From NCBI RefSeq assembly GCF_001194135.2, contig NC_068983.1, positions 40,764,884 to 40,800,087 of the forward strand: a stretch of 35,204 bases of DNA, read 5' to 3'. Below, piece by piece: positions 33,701 to 35,204 of this stretch. The first letter of the stretch is position 1. Every line of letters starts with the position of its first letter. This stretch comes from Octopus bimaculoides. Lineage: Eukaryota. The translations under genes were made by a program, and so were the position numbers. The notes beneath the pieces were generated by a model. The model saw only the letters and a program-made list of their open reading frames with translations. It was not told the DNA's origin and made no database searches.

Positions 33701-33721
33701 TCTCTATTATTATTGTTGTTA

Positions 33722-33810
33722 ACCTCCTCCTCCTCCTCCTCCTCCTCCTCCTCCTCCTCCTCATCATCATCATCATCTTCATCATCATCATCATCAACAT
33801 TATTATTATC
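33722..33810. repeat. (CCT)n(CAT)n(ATT)n compound microsatellite between two R4/Dong-like fragments
   Basis: Direct inspection. Confidence 0.97.
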
Positions 33811-33829
33811 TCTTTACCACAGGGTTATT

Positions 33830-34120
33830 TGGAACTCCTGAATTTCTCTATCTGTGTGTACTGAGATATTCCATAGTATGGTAGCTTTCTTATTTTCTGT
33901 GACCCTTTTCTGGCGTGTGCAGATACCATCTTTTTTCTGCTATTCCATACTGTTGGCATAGATTCCAGTATATATATAGATCCTAACTCTGTCATGTCTA
34001 TGAACATATTCCTTCTTAGCCTGGACGCAGCCGCCAGAGACAATATGATTTATTGTTTATTCTCCATCATGACATATTCTGCAGTTACTTGTTGTTTCTT
34101 TTCATTATATGCTTTTGGCA
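33830..34120 (-). mobile_element. Separate R4/Dong-like fragment covering the CCHC zinc knuckle
   Basis: CRICHDGE*TINHIVSG(G)C..AKKEYVHRHDRV../WNLCQQYGIAEKRWYLHTPEK/VTENKKATILWNISVHTDREI. It covers the same domain as about 32500-32700 but with a different sequence. Confidence 0.88.
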
Positions 34121-34803
34121 ATTTCTATTATTATTATCATTATTGTTGTTGTTGTTCTCATTGTTATTATTATTATCATTATTATTTTTGTCATGGAATA
34201 CCTAACCTACTTCTTCAAAATGTTCTTAGCGATAGATTCTTTATTTATAATCATTTTATTGAAATGGATAAAAATAACAGTTAAAATATNNNNNNNNNNN
34301 NNNNNNNNNNNNNNNNNNNNNNNNNNNNNNNNNNNNNNNNNNNNNNNNNNNNNNNNNNNNNNNNNNNNNNNNNNNNNNNNNNNNNNNNNNNNNNNNNNNN
34401 NNNNNNNNNNNNNNNNNNNNNNNNNNNNNNNNNNNNNNNNNNNNNNNNNNNNNNNNNNNNNNNNNNNNNNNNNNNNNNNNNNNNNNNNNNNNNNNNNNNN
34501 NNNNNNNNNNNNNNNNNNNNNNNNNNNNNNNNNNNNNNNNNNNNNNNNNNNNNNNNNNNNNNNNNNNNNNNNNNNNNNNNNNNNNNNNNNNNNNNNNNNN
34601 NNNNNNNNNNNNNNNNNNNNNNNNNNNNNNNNNNNNNNNNNNNNNNNNNNNNNNNNNNNNNNNNNNNNNNNNNNNNNNNNNNNNNNNNNNNNNNNNNNNN
34701 NNNNNNNNNNNNNNNNNNNNNNNNNNNNNNNNNNNNNNNNNNNNNNNNNNNNNNNNNNNNNNNNNNNNNNNNNNNNNNNNNNNNNNNNNNNNNNNNNNNN
34801 NNN

Positions 34804-34840
<37 letters not shown>

Positions 34841-34893
34841 ATATATGTAATATACAGGCAGTCTTTGGAAGATGCGCATATAAAACACATCTG

Positions 34894-34947
34894 TAATTCT
34901 GATGATATTCTTCCCGCAGGCAGGTATGGAAACTGGATTGTTAGTTA
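34894..34947 (+). ncRNA. Type I hammerhead ribozyme motif, near-intact
   Basis: UAAUU-CUGAUGA(34899-34905)-imperfect helix II (34906-34928)-GAAA-C(UGGAUU)GU-U-AGUUA. Helix I UAAUU/AGUUA has one wobble pair, and the cleavage triplet is GUU. Confidence 0.55.
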
Positions 34948-35204
34948 ATTCATAAAATAGGCCATCGAGTATTATTGGCACTGCACCCGATATTCCTGAT
35001 TATTTGAATACAGGCAGATATGCAAATATAGAAGTTCATATGCACTTAATAGACACGTATATTTATATGTATATACATGTATGTACGAATGTATATATGC
35101 ATGTATATATATGTATGTATTTATATATTCATATACATGTATACATATCTATATCTATGTCTATATCTATCCATCTATATGTATGTATATATATATATAT
35201 ATAT

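Overview
AT-rich, microsatellite-dense animal genomic DNA with about 18 N-gaps covering roughly a third of the window. The repeat types suggest a coleoid cephalopod such as Octopus (inference). No complete protein-coding gene is recognisable, and almost all long ORFs in the supplied track are microsatellite or N-gap artefacts. The interpretable content is: (i) about 17 copies or fragments of four SINE-like families; (ii) decayed non-LTR retrotransposons (CR1-like, RTE-like, and four R4/Dong-like fragments with restriction-like endonuclease motifs); (iii) a rearranged mariner made of two inverted 5' ends; (iv) several MITEs or fold-back elements, one hAT-like element inside a three-level nest; (v) a possible solo LTR; and (vi) a few unconfirmed splice-site-supported exon candidates. 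The most notable unannotated signal is a set of type I hammerhead ribozyme motifs from apparently different repeat families. One has a fully intact catalytic core (12722-12760, minus), two are near-intact (8413-8489 minus; 34894-34947 plus) and two are broken. This is the architecture known from Penelope-like elements and retrozymes. All alignments and folds were done by eye, and no database search was run.
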